The position numbers and the translations under genes are program-made. DNA of 64,000 nt from an uncultured Anaerolineaceae bacterium (GTDB taxonomy: Bacteria; Chloroflexota; Anaerolineae; Anaerolineales; Anaerolineaceae), in the NCBI GenBank assembly GCA_964536465.1, contig CAZHXQ010000001.1:6913-70912 (forward strand), given 5' to 3'. The notes below the pieces were generated by a model. It saw nothing but the letters and a program-made list of their open reading frames with translations, had not been told where the DNA came from and searched no databases. This document shows, in pieces, positions 37,671 through 46,420 of this stretch. How positions within the stretch are numbered: the first letter of the stretch is position 1; each line of letters opens with the position of its first letter.

Positions 37671-39374
37671 TTGAAAAAAGTTGCAATCATCCAAGCCAGG
37701 TTAGGGTCGAGCCGCCTGCCAGGGAAGGTTCTCTTGGAGGTGGCAGGCGAGCCGATGCTCGCGCGAGTGTTCGCGCGGGTGCGCCAGGCCAGGCTAATTG
37801 ATGAAATCATGGTTGCCACGACTAGCGATTTAACTGACGATCCACTTGTGCAGTATTGCCAAGACGCCGACATTCCTTGCTATCGAGGAGATCAATTTGA
37901 CGTACTGGACCGCTTTTATCAGGCAGCCCGGCAAGCGCAGGCAGATGTGATTGTGCGCATCACAGCCGACTGCCCTATGATCGCGCCCGAAGAGATCGAT
38001 CGGGTTGTGCAGGCTTATCTTTCCAGCGGAGCTGATTTCGCTGCTAACCGCCTCCCTCCGCCATTTGAACGCACCACACCGATTGGTATGGATACAGAGG
38101 TCTGCTCAATGAAAGCCTTGGAAACAGCCTGGCGAGAGGCAGAGCAGCCCTACCAGCGCGAACACGTTATGCCCTATCTTTATGATACTGAGGGGCGTTT
38201 CAAAGTACAGGTTGTTGACCTGGAGCCCGCCCACGGGAACCTGCGTTTCACAGTAGACACCGCAGAAGATCTGCACCTGGCAAATCTGATTTATGCTGCT
38301 TTTGAAGGTCGGAACGATTTTAGCCTGGAAGAACTGCTGGCAGAAAACGAACGCCATCCCGAGTGGCAGCAGCAAGTTGCCCTGGTCCACCATAAAGACC
38401 TCTATGAAACCGACCAGAGGGCTAAACCAGCCAGCAAACAAAAGGACGAGGATCCACTTCAAGCAACACAGAATCAACCTATGCGCAACGAAGCGCCTGT
38501 TATCTCTTGCCCGTTATGCGGCAGCGATAGAATCAAAGACTTTGAGCGGGTCGAATCGTTTGGCTACTCTCTTGAGTATCTCATCTGTCAGGATTGCGGT
38601 TTCGTTTTCCAAAACCCACAAACCAGCCAGGTGGCCAGTCCCGATTTCTATCAGCAGACCTACCGAAGGATCTATCAGGCCAGCGAACAGCCAACTAAAA
38701 AAGATCTTTTCCAGCAAACCCAGCGCGCCAACAACCAGGTCGAATGGCTGAAAAGTCTCAGTGTGGAAAAATTCGAGAATGTTCTCGACATTGGCGCCTC
38801 CTCCGGTTTACTTCTGGAAACTTTCGCGAGGCGATTTGATGCAAATGTTGTCGGCGTGGAACCTGGCGATGCTTACCGCGCAATGGCAGAAACCAAAGGG
38901 CTCTGCATGTATAACTCCATCGACACGTTGATTGCTTCCCACCCAAAGCGCTTTGAACTGGTCACGCTCATGCACGTTCTGGAACATCTTGAAAATCCCC
39001 GGCAGGTATTGGAGCAGATTCGGAAAGAGCTGCTCAACCAAGAGGGACTGCTTTTATTAGAAGTGCCCAATTTCTATGGGCATGATTGTTACGAGCTGGC
39101 GCATCTCTCCTGCTTTACTGAGCACACGCTGCTCGAAATGCTCCGGCAGGCGGGTTTCGAACCGGTCGCTTTCCGCAAGCACGGCATGCCGCGCTCGGAA
39201 ATTTTGCCGCTTTATCTGACCCTTCTTGCCAGACCCGCTGCGGAAATCGACAGAAGATCACCCAGGCCGGAAAAGGGCGTCAGGTTGAAAAGACGCCTGG
39301 CTATGCTCAAACGAAAAATTCTGACCCGGCTCAATCCGGGCAGCGCATGGCTGCCTGTGGAGGGTAAATTGTGA
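37671..39374 (+). CDS. Fusion of an SpsF/PseF-like cytidylyltransferase with a zinc-ribbon and a class I SAM methyltransferase
   Basis: N-terminal AIIQARLGSSRLPGKVL and RITADCPMI (CTP_transf_3 type). The middle has CPLCGS...CQDCG. The C-terminal part has VLDIGASSGLL, LVTLMHVLEHLENP and LLLEVPN. TTG start. Confidence 0.75.
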   Translation: MKKVAIIQARLGSSRLPGKVLLEVAGEPMLARVFARVRQARLIDEIMVATTSDLTDDPLVQYCQDADIPCYRGDQFDVLDRFYQAARQAQADVIVRITADCPMIAPEEIDRVVQAYLSSGADFAANRLPPPFERTTPIGMDTEVCSMKALETAWREAEQPYQREHVMPYLYDTEGRFKVQVVDLEPAHGNLRFTVDTAEDLHLANLIYAAFEGRNDFSLEELLAENERHPEWQQQVALVHHKDLYETDQRAKPASKQKDEDPLQATQNQPMRNEAPVISCPLCGSDRIKDFERVESFGYSLEYLICQDCGFVFQNPQTSQVASPDFYQQTYRRIYQASEQPTKKDLFQQTQRANNQVEWLKSLSVEKFENVLDIGASSGLLLETFARRFDANVVGVEPGDAYRAMAETKGLCMYNSIDTLIASHPKRFELVTLMHVLEHLENPRQVLEQIRKELLNQEGLLLLEVPNFYGHDCYELAHLSCFTEHTLLEMLRQAGFEPVAFRKHGMPRSEILPLYLTLLARPAAEIDRRSPRPEKGVRLKRRLAMLKRKILTRLNPGSAWLPVEGKL

Positions 39375-40321
39375 CCCCCTCTCTGACACTTTTCACTGCT
39401 CCCAAGGCTTTCACTGACCCTCATATCAGCCTGATTCAACACAATGCTTTTGGTTCCTGGCAGGCTTTGGGAGACTCGGTCAGCGTGGTTGTGGTTGGCA
39501 ATGAAGAAGGAATTGGTGAGGCCGCCAAAGAATATGGTTTCTCTCATCAACCCGATGTTCGCTTGAACCAACTTGGCACGCCTCTGATCAGTTCTATTTT
39601 CGAGTTCGGACGGGAGGAAAACGAAAGCCCCTTCTTGGCTTATGTCAACGCTGACATTATTCTATTCCCCGAAATTCTTGATGTGATCCGAGCTGCGGGC
39701 AGTCAGGCTGACCAATTTCTCCTAATCGGTCAGCGCTGGGATTTGGAGGTGCTTGAAGCGCTTACTTTCAAAGGTGATTGGATTCCTTCGCTCAAGCAGC
39801 GCATGCGCAATGAGGGGCAGCTTCACAAGCGCACTGGCAGTGATTATTTTATATATCCCCGCTCTTGTTTCCGGCAGGTCCCGAATTTCAGCGTGGGCCG
39901 GGCTGGTTGGGATAACTGGATGATCTATCAGGCACGGAGGCAGGGTTGGTTGGCAATTGATTGCAGCGCGGACCTGGATATCCTCCATCAGGAGCACGAC
40001 TACAGGCATCTACCAGACGGAAAGCCTCACTACCGGCTGCCTGAAACCGGCGAAAACATCCGGCTCGCCGGTGGAAGAAGAACAACTTTTCTGTTAGACG
40101 ATTCTTCGCATCGTCTGGTCGATGGAAAACTCGAGAGGATACCACTGACCTGGACTCGCTTTTGGCGTGAATTTCAAAACGCTCCCTTGCTAAAATTTGG
40201 TAATTACGCACTGACCCAGACACTCTTCAGTCTCCTGCACCCCCGCAAGGCGAAAATTGAAAAGGTAAAACAAGCCGAGATGGACAGCAAACTGGCAGAA
40301 TCTGGATTGAGAGGGAGCTGA
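39371..40321 (+). CDS. Hypothetical protein, possibly a GT-A-like glycosyltransferase
   Basis: 316 aa with a GTG start overlapping the upstream stop. FLAYVNADIILFPE and GRAGWDNWM suggest a nucleotide-sugar enzyme, but the call is weak. Confidence 0.4.
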   Translation: MTPSLTLFTAPKAFTDPHISLIQHNAFGSWQALGDSVSVVVVGNEEGIGEAAKEYGFSHQPDVRLNQLGTPLISSIFEFGREENESPFLAYVNADIILFPEILDVIRAAGSQADQFLLIGQRWDLEVLEALTFKGDWIPSLKQRMRNEGQLHKRTGSDYFIYPRSCFRQVPNFSVGRAGWDNWMIYQARRQGWLAIDCSADLDILHQEHDYRHLPDGKPHYRLPETGENIRLAGGRRTTFLLDDSSHRLVDGKLERIPLTWTRFWREFQNAPLLKFGNYALTQTLFSLLHPRKAKIEKVKQAEMDSKLAESGLRGS

Positions 40322-41343
40322 TGGCCCGTTTAGGTACCAACCCTTCCCGAGGACAACAACTTGAGTTCACCCCGCCGCGTGTGACTGTAGCTGTTTTAGT
40401 CTACGAGCCCCACCGTTCTGGTTACTTTCAACATCGACTGGATGTCACCAAGCTGACGATTGACAGCATCCTTAAAAACACCCCCGAACCTTTTGAATTA
40501 TTGGTTTTTGACAATGGTTCCTGCGATGCCATGACCGATTACCTACGTGATCTGAATCAGGCAGGCAGCATCGACACGCTGGTCCTATCTGGTCAAAATA
40601 TTGGCAAGTTGAACGCGCTCTGGCGCATTACCAATCTCGCCCAGGGTGAGCTGATCGCCTACAGTGACGATGACGTTTATCACATGTCAGGCTGGCTGCC
40701 GAAGCACTTGGAAATTCTCGACACCTATCCTGGTGTCGGGGCAATCACTGGCTTTTATATCAAACAGCGTGTTGTGATGAGCTCTGAAAGTACGCTCGCA
40801 TGGGTTGCAAAATATGAAAAAGAACACCCCGGCCTGGTCCAGAGAGGCAATTTGATTCCGCGAAAGTGGGAGGAAGAATACATGAACAATTCCGGCCGCA
40901 CCCAGGAGCGCTATCAGGGAGAAGTGCAGGGTGTGGACGATATCATTGTCGATTACCAGGGTGTTAAAGCCTGGGTGTCCGCTCATCATTTTCAGGTTCT
41001 GACACCCAAGAAGATCTTGCTGGAGGTTCTCCCCGAGATGTTGGATGAGGGATGGAGCAACCAGATGATGGGCCGAATGGTGGAGATGGACGATCGCATA
41101 GACGCCAAAGGTTACCTGCGCCTGACCACGTATGAACAGACCATGCGCCTGCTGGGCAACGCGATTGACGATGAAGTAAAAGCCCTGGCTGCCGGCGATG
41201 GCATCAGCACCCATGCTGCTCTGGCTGAAAATGCACCTGAAAAATCAGCTGGTCTTTGGAATAACGAACTGATCCAAAAAGTGGCCCAACGTTTGCTGAA
41301 CTGGCTCTATCGTGGTTTGCACCAAAACAGGAGGAGTGAATGA
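40321..41343 (+). CDS. Glycosyltransferase family 2
   Basis: VTVAVLVYE..., LLVFDNGSCDAMTDYL and AYSDDDVY (the DxD motif). TGATG start/stop overlap. Confidence 0.75.
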   Translation: MARLGTNPSRGQQLEFTPPRVTVAVLVYEPHRSGYFQHRLDVTKLTIDSILKNTPEPFELLVFDNGSCDAMTDYLRDLNQAGSIDTLVLSGQNIGKLNALWRITNLAQGELIAYSDDDVYHMSGWLPKHLEILDTYPGVGAITGFYIKQRVVMSSESTLAWVAKYEKEHPGLVQRGNLIPRKWEEEYMNNSGRTQERYQGEVQGVDDIIVDYQGVKAWVSAHHFQVLTPKKILLEVLPEMLDEGWSNQMMGRMVEMDDRIDAKGYLRLTTYEQTMRLLGNAIDDEVKALAAGDGISTHAALAENAPEKSAGLWNNELIQKVAQRLLNWLYRGLHQNRRSE

Positions 41344-42341
41344 AATTTCTGATCGCTGGTTTAGGTTCGATTGGGCGCAGACACCTGCGCAATCTGAAAG
41401 CGCTTGGGCAGACTGACCTGCTGCTCTACCGCACCCATCAGGCTACTCTTCCAGACACGGATCTGGTGGGTTACCCCACATACACGGATTTGGATGAGGC
41501 TCTGGCAGAAAAACCAGATGGAGTGATCGTCTCGAATCCTACCGCTTTGCATTTGGAAGTTGCGACTGCCGCGGCTAAAGCAGGCGCGGCTCTGCTGATT
41601 GAAAAGCCCGTCTCAGACAGCCTGCTCGGTATTCGCGAATTGCAGGAGGCTCTTGACGAAGCAGGCAAGCCCGCTTTAATCGGCTTTCATTTGCGCTATC
41701 ATCCAGTTTTACGACAGATAAAAGCGTTAATCGAGTCTGACCAGCTGGGCAAGCCGTTTAAGGCGCATGCTCATTGGGGAGAATACTTACCCGGCTGGCA
41801 CCCCTGGGAAGACTACCGCCATTCCTACGCGGCCAGAGCCGACCTGGGTGGCGGCGCTCTCAATACGCTTTCCCATCCAATTGATTATCTGCGCTGGATG
41901 ATGGGAGAGGTGCGCGCGCTGTCTGCCAGCCTGGATAACCTCAGTCAACTGGAACTCGATGTTGAAGATAACGTGGAATTGCTCCTTAAATTCCACTCGG
42001 GCTCAATGGCCACCGTCCATCTGGATTATTACCAGCGCCCTCCTTCCCATACACTGGAGATCATATTTGAGCGAGGTCGCATCCGTTGGGACAATGGTTC
42101 GGGCTGTGTGGTGATTGAAAATGTGGAAATAGGCGAGAAAGTCGTTGATACACTTTGTCCCCCCGAGGGTTTCAAACGCAACGATATGTTCCTGGCTGAG
42201 ATGGAAGATTTCGTCCAGCTTTGCCGGGGAGAGCGCATTGACCACTGTACGTTAGCTGATGGTAAGCGCGTGCAGAAGATCGTTGAAGTGGCGCGCCAAA
42301 GTTCTTCGCAGAGCAGCTGCTCAGTAAGGCTGCCCTCTTAA
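41340..42341 (+). CDS. Gfo/Idh/MocA-family NAD(P)-dependent oxidoreductase
   Basis: MKFLIAGLGSIGRRHLRNL Rossmann N-terminus, the EKP motif (LLIEKPV), and a C-terminal alpha/beta domain. Confidence 0.85.
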   Translation: MKFLIAGLGSIGRRHLRNLKALGQTDLLLYRTHQATLPDTDLVGYPTYTDLDEALAEKPDGVIVSNPTALHLEVATAAAKAGAALLIEKPVSDSLLGIRELQEALDEAGKPALIGFHLRYHPVLRQIKALIESDQLGKPFKAHAHWGEYLPGWHPWEDYRHSYAARADLGGGALNTLSHPIDYLRWMMGEVRALSASLDNLSQLELDVEDNVELLLKFHSGSMATVHLDYYQRPPSHTLEIIFERGRIRWDNGSGCVVIENVEIGEKVVDTLCPPEGFKRNDMFLAEMEDFVQLCRGERIDHCTLADGKRVQKIVEVARQSSSQSSCSVRLPS

Positions 42342-42389
42342 AAACCGCCTGATGGTAAAATCCAATCCATCAACAGGCAGAAAAAGAAA

Positions 42390-43217
42390 ATGACAGAATC
42401 GATATTTAAGAAGTTTGACCTGACCGGAAAAACCGCTCTCGTGACGGGTGCGGCTGGTCTGCTGGGCAGGCAATTCAGCCTGGCGCTGGCACAAGCCGGA
42501 GCAAACGTGGTGTTGGCAGACCTCAATGAGGATATTGCCGCGCAAAATTCCGTTGAATTAAAGCATCTGGGTCTCAGCTCAGTGGCAGTTAAGGTTGACG
42601 TGACCGACCCATTCTCAACCAAAGCCATGGTTCAACATGCGCTGACCACTTATGGCCGCTTGGATGTGTTGGTCAACAGTGCCGCGTTGGATCCAAAATT
42701 TGATCCTGCCAATCTTAGCGACCAGGAAGCAAACGCTTTTGAGACCTACTCGTTAGAATCCTGGCGTAAGGCACTGAATGTAAATCTGACCGGCATGTTT
42801 CTGGCTTCCCAGGCAGCGGTCATTCCCATGCTCGTACAAGGACAGGGTGTGATTGTGAACATTTCTTCGATTTATGGCCTGGTGGGCCCGGACCAACGTC
42901 TCTATGAGCAAGCTGATAATTCCAGACAATTTAAGCCAGTGTTTTATTCGGTCACCAAAGCTGGCGTACTCGGCTTCACCCGTTATCTGGCGGCTTACTA
43001 TGCCGGAAAAAACATCCGTGTCAACGCTCTCACTCCTGGTGGTGTATACAACAATCACGACCAGGTTTTTACTGACCAATACAGTGCCCGTACCGTGCTG
43101 GGACGCATGGCCGATCTGGATGAAATGAACGCCGCAATGCTGTTTTTATGCAGTGAGGCCAGTTCCTACATGACTGGCAGTAACCTGGTAGTTGATGGAG
43201 GATGGACGGCATGGTAG
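42390..43217 (+). CDS. Short-chain dehydrogenase/reductase (SDR)
   Basis: TALVTGAAGLLG, NSAA, SSIYG and YSVTKAG (YxxxK). Confidence 0.85.
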   Translation: MTESIFKKFDLTGKTALVTGAAGLLGRQFSLALAQAGANVVLADLNEDIAAQNSVELKHLGLSSVAVKVDVTDPFSTKAMVQHALTTYGRLDVLVNSAALDPKFDPANLSDQEANAFETYSLESWRKALNVNLTGMFLASQAAVIPMLVQGQGVIVNISSIYGLVGPDQRLYEQADNSRQFKPVFYSVTKAGVLGFTRYLAAYYAGKNIRVNALTPGGVYNNHDQVFTDQYSARTVLGRMADLDEMNAAMLFLCSEASSYMTGSNLVVDGGWTAW

Positions 43218-44449
43218 ATCGCCCGGAAGTGTTAGCCCTGATACCCGCCCGCGGTGGTTCCAAGGGCATCCCGCGCAAAAACCTGCGAGATTTTGCCGGG
43301 GCACCGCTGATCGTCTACAGCATCGCCGCGGCTTTGCAGTCCGAACTGGTCACCCGCGTTATTGTTTCGACCGACGACCACGAGATCGCCAAAGTGGCGC
43401 GTGCCTGGGGCGCGGAAGTGCCTTTTATGCGACCGGACCAATTTGCTCAGGATGACACCACGGACCTACCTGTCTTTGAGCATGCCCTGCAATGGCTGCA
43501 AAAGAACCAGGGTTATTTGCCCGAAATCGTAATCCAATTACGACCCACTTCACCTATTAGACCGGTAGGGCTACTGGATGAAGCTATCATAAAACTCATT
43601 GCTCACCCTGAAGCGGACTGCGTACGCGGGGTGGTCCCCTCGGGTCAAAACCCCTTCAAGATGTGGCGGATTAATCGCGAGGGCCAGCTGGAGCCCCTGT
43701 TAGAGGTTGCCGGGCTTCGTGAGCCCTACAACGCGCCCAGGCAAGCGCTCCCGCAGACCTATTGGCAAACCGGGCACATTGACGCGATCCGTTCAACTAC
43801 CATATTAACCAAGCACAGTCTGACGGGTGATTTGATATTGCCTTTGATGATCGACCCTTTGTATACCGTGGATATTGACACGCCAGATGATTTTTTGACC
43901 TCAGCAAGGTTAATCAGCGACCCGCGCATCAAGGCGGTCGACCCACTCAAAAGTCGCCGTCAATTTCCCAGCGAAGTAAGCCACCTGATTATGGATTTTG
44001 ACGGTGTGCTCAGCGATGATTTGGTATACGTAGACCAGGACGGACGTGAAAGCGTTTGCTGCAGTCGTTCTGATGGGTTTGGCATCGATTTGCTTAAAGA
44101 ATCAACCGCTACCCACCCACTGATCCTCTCAAGGGAAGTTAACCCAGTGGTGAGTGCCCGCGCGCGCAAGCTTGATATAGAGGTTTTTCAATCGGTTAAT
44201 AATAAAGACCTGGCGCTGCAAGCCTTGATAAAAGAAAGAAATCTGGACCCTGCTAAAATCATCTATATCGGCAACGACTTGAATGATCTGGCAGTTTTAC
44301 CTTTTGTGGGATACTTTGCCTGTCCGGCTGATGCCCACCCTCAGGTGATCAGGCAGGCAGATATCGTCCTGAAACACCCTGGAGGTAGAGGGGCGATTCG
44401 TGAACTGGTTGAAAAAATCTTGGAAGAACAAAGAAAAGTCATTAAATAA
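43202..44449 (+). CDS. Fusion of an acylneuraminate cytidylyltransferase (NeuA-type CMP-nonulosonate synthetase) with a KdsC-like HAD-IIIA phosphatase
   Basis: N-terminal ALIPARGGSKGIPRKNL and QLRPTSPIR. The C-terminal part has IMDFDGVLSDD (HAD motif I), DGFGIDLLK and YIGNDLNDL (motif III/IV). Confidence 0.8.
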   Translation: MDGMVDRPEVLALIPARGGSKGIPRKNLRDFAGAPLIVYSIAAALQSELVTRVIVSTDDHEIAKVARAWGAEVPFMRPDQFAQDDTTDLPVFEHALQWLQKNQGYLPEIVIQLRPTSPIRPVGLLDEAIIKLIAHPEADCVRGVVPSGQNPFKMWRINREGQLEPLLEVAGLREPYNAPRQALPQTYWQTGHIDAIRSTTILTKHSLTGDLILPLMIDPLYTVDIDTPDDFLTSARLISDPRIKAVDPLKSRRQFPSEVSHLIMDFDGVLSDDLVYVDQDGRESVCCSRSDGFGIDLLKESTATHPLILSREVNPVVSARARKLDIEVFQSVNNKDLALQALIKERNLDPAKIIYIGNDLNDLAVLPFVGYFACPADAHPQVIRQADIVLKHPGGRGAIRELVEKILEEQRKVIK

Positions 44450-44473
44450 ATGCACAAAGGAAACTAAACAAAG

Positions 44474-45535
44474 ATGATCGATATCGAATTTTATAAAAAA
44501 GTAGGCGATCTAAAAAAACGACTCAGTGCAGGTGAAAACTTCTCACGGTTAGAACTTGAAGGGTTGATTGAAAGTTATCGCAGCCCTTATCCTGTGGTTT
44601 ACAACATAGAAACTACCAATGCCTGTAATATGCGCTGTGAGATGTGCCCCCGTACTACCATGATGACCAGGCCCGTTGAAACCATGGCGCCAGAGCTTTT
44701 CAAAAGCGTCATTGATCAGCTTTCTCCCTTCAGCCCGGAACAATTGGCTCGCTGGGAGGATTTTGCTGAAGGCTATTACGGTGTGCCCAGGAATGGTATG
44801 AGCGAAAACCATTTCTTCCTTTACATCATCCCCAGAGTGATTGTGCTCCATGGTTATGGCGACCCGCTTTTGGATAAGAATATCCCTACCTATGTCAGGT
44901 GGATGACTGAACGCGGTCTTGAGTCTTACTTCTCATGTAATCCTGCTAACATCAATATGGCCCGCACGATTGAAACCTTTGAAAATGGCCTGGGATATGT
45001 AAAGTATTCCATCGAAAGCGTGGATGACCTTCGTCACAAAAGTGTGCGTGGTGAAGCCTCTAATTTTACTGAAGCCTACCGCAACATCTTGAGTCTGCTC
45101 GAACTGAAAGCCCAAAGAAATTACAAAACCACGATCGTGATCACTATGATCAACCTCAATAAGCCCTGGCAGCAGGAAGAATATCAGAAGTTGGTTGAAG
45201 CCTTTGAGGGGCTTGACGTCTATGTTTACCTCAAGAGTCAGGACCAAACCTGGTACGAAGACAACCGGCAGACCACAGAATCCATTCACTGGCAGGAATT
45301 TTGCCAGTTCCCATGGTCTTCCATGACCGTCAAATCGAATGGGGAATGTGCTGAATGCGTCGAAGATTTCAACAATGAAATTATCCTGGGTGATACCCGG
45401 ACGCAAAGCCTTTATGATATTTGGAATGGAAAAGCCTACCAAAACTTCCGCAATGACCATTTCAACCTAAAACCTGGAATCAAGTGCACAGAGCAATGCG
45501 ACATGCACCTGATTGGCAGCTACTTAGCTCAGTAG
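44474..45535 (+). CDS. Radical SAM enzyme with a C-terminal SPASM/twitch-like Cys cluster
   Basis: NIETTNACNMRCEMCPR is the CxxxCxxC motif. VLHGYGDPLL is the GGE-like motif. C-terminal cysteines are CQFPW...SNGECAECVEDF...CTEQC. Confidence 0.85.
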   Translation: MIDIEFYKKVGDLKKRLSAGENFSRLELEGLIESYRSPYPVVYNIETTNACNMRCEMCPRTTMMTRPVETMAPELFKSVIDQLSPFSPEQLARWEDFAEGYYGVPRNGMSENHFFLYIIPRVIVLHGYGDPLLDKNIPTYVRWMTERGLESYFSCNPANINMARTIETFENGLGYVKYSIESVDDLRHKSVRGEASNFTEAYRNILSLLELKAQRNYKTTIVITMINLNKPWQQEEYQKLVEAFEGLDVYVYLKSQDQTWYEDNRQTTESIHWQEFCQFPWSSMTVKSNGECAECVEDFNNEIILGDTRTQSLYDIWNGKAYQNFRNDHFNLKPGIKCTEQCDMHLIGSYLAQ

Positions 45536-45543
45536 AGGAATTT

Positions 45544-46419
45544 ATGAGAAATACTATCAAAATTGGCGAACGAGTCATAGGCAACGGCTATCCGATTTAT
45601 ATCGTTGGAGAGATTGGCATCAACCATAATGGCGAACTTGAAGTGGCGAAAAGCCTGATGCTGGCCGCAAAGAAGGCTGGCATCGATGCGGTCAAATTCC
45701 AAAAACGGACGCCTGAAATCTGCGTCCCCCCGGAACAACAGTCACAGATGCGTGATACCCCCTGGGGTTATATCAGTTACCTTGACTACCGCTATAAGGT
45801 TGAATTTGACGAGGCTGACTATACCGAGATTAATCGTTATGCCAAAGAGTTGGATCTCGATTGGTTTGCCTCTTCATGGGATATTCCCTCACTTGAGTTT
45901 ATGGAAAAATTCAACCCACCTGTTCACAAAATCCCTTCGGCGCTGTTGACTGACCGAGAATTACTGCGAGCTCACCGCGACACGGGAAAACCCCTGATTG
46001 TTTCAACTGGCATGTCCACCATGGAGCAGATCAAAGAAGCGGTGGGCATCCTGGGGGAAGACAACATAGTTTTATGCCATACTACCAGTTCCTATCCCTG
46101 CCCCCCTGAAGAATTGAATCTGCGCATGATTCAAACCCTGTGTGACACGTTCAACTGTCCCATAGGTTATTCCGGGCATGAGGTTGGGTTGGTTCCAACC
46201 GTAATTGCCTCAGCGTTGGGAGCCTGCCTGGTAGAGCGTCATATCACTCTCGACAGGGCTATGTGGGGGTCCGATCAAAGCGCGTCAGTGGAACCACAAG
46301 GTATTTCCACGCTGGTCAAATACATACGTGTGACTGAAAAGTCACTTGGTGATGGAATAAAGAAGGTCTACGACAGCGAAAAATCTTCTCTCAAAAAGCT
46401 ACGACGGATCAGCCAGTAA
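45544..46419 (+). CDS. NeuB-family nonulosonate (or nonulosonate-9-phosphate) synthase lacking the SAF domain
   Basis: Start at ATG 45544. PIYIVGEIGINHNGELEVAKSLMLAAKKAGIDAVKFQKR, FASSWD, HKIPSA, YSGHE and VERHITLDR. The 291-aa protein ends before the usual C-terminal SAF/antifreeze-like domain. Confidence 0.8.
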   Translation: MRNTIKIGERVIGNGYPIYIVGEIGINHNGELEVAKSLMLAAKKAGIDAVKFQKRTPEICVPPEQQSQMRDTPWGYISYLDYRYKVEFDEADYTEINRYAKELDLDWFASSWDIPSLEFMEKFNPPVHKIPSALLTDRELLRAHRDTGKPLIVSTGMSTMEQIKEAVGILGEDNIVLCHTTSSYPCPPEELNLRMIQTLCDTFNCPIGYSGHEVGLVPTVIASALGACLVERHITLDRAMWGSDQSASVEPQGISTLVKYIRVTEKSLGDGIKKVYDSEKSSLKKLRRISQ

Positions 46420-46420
46420 G

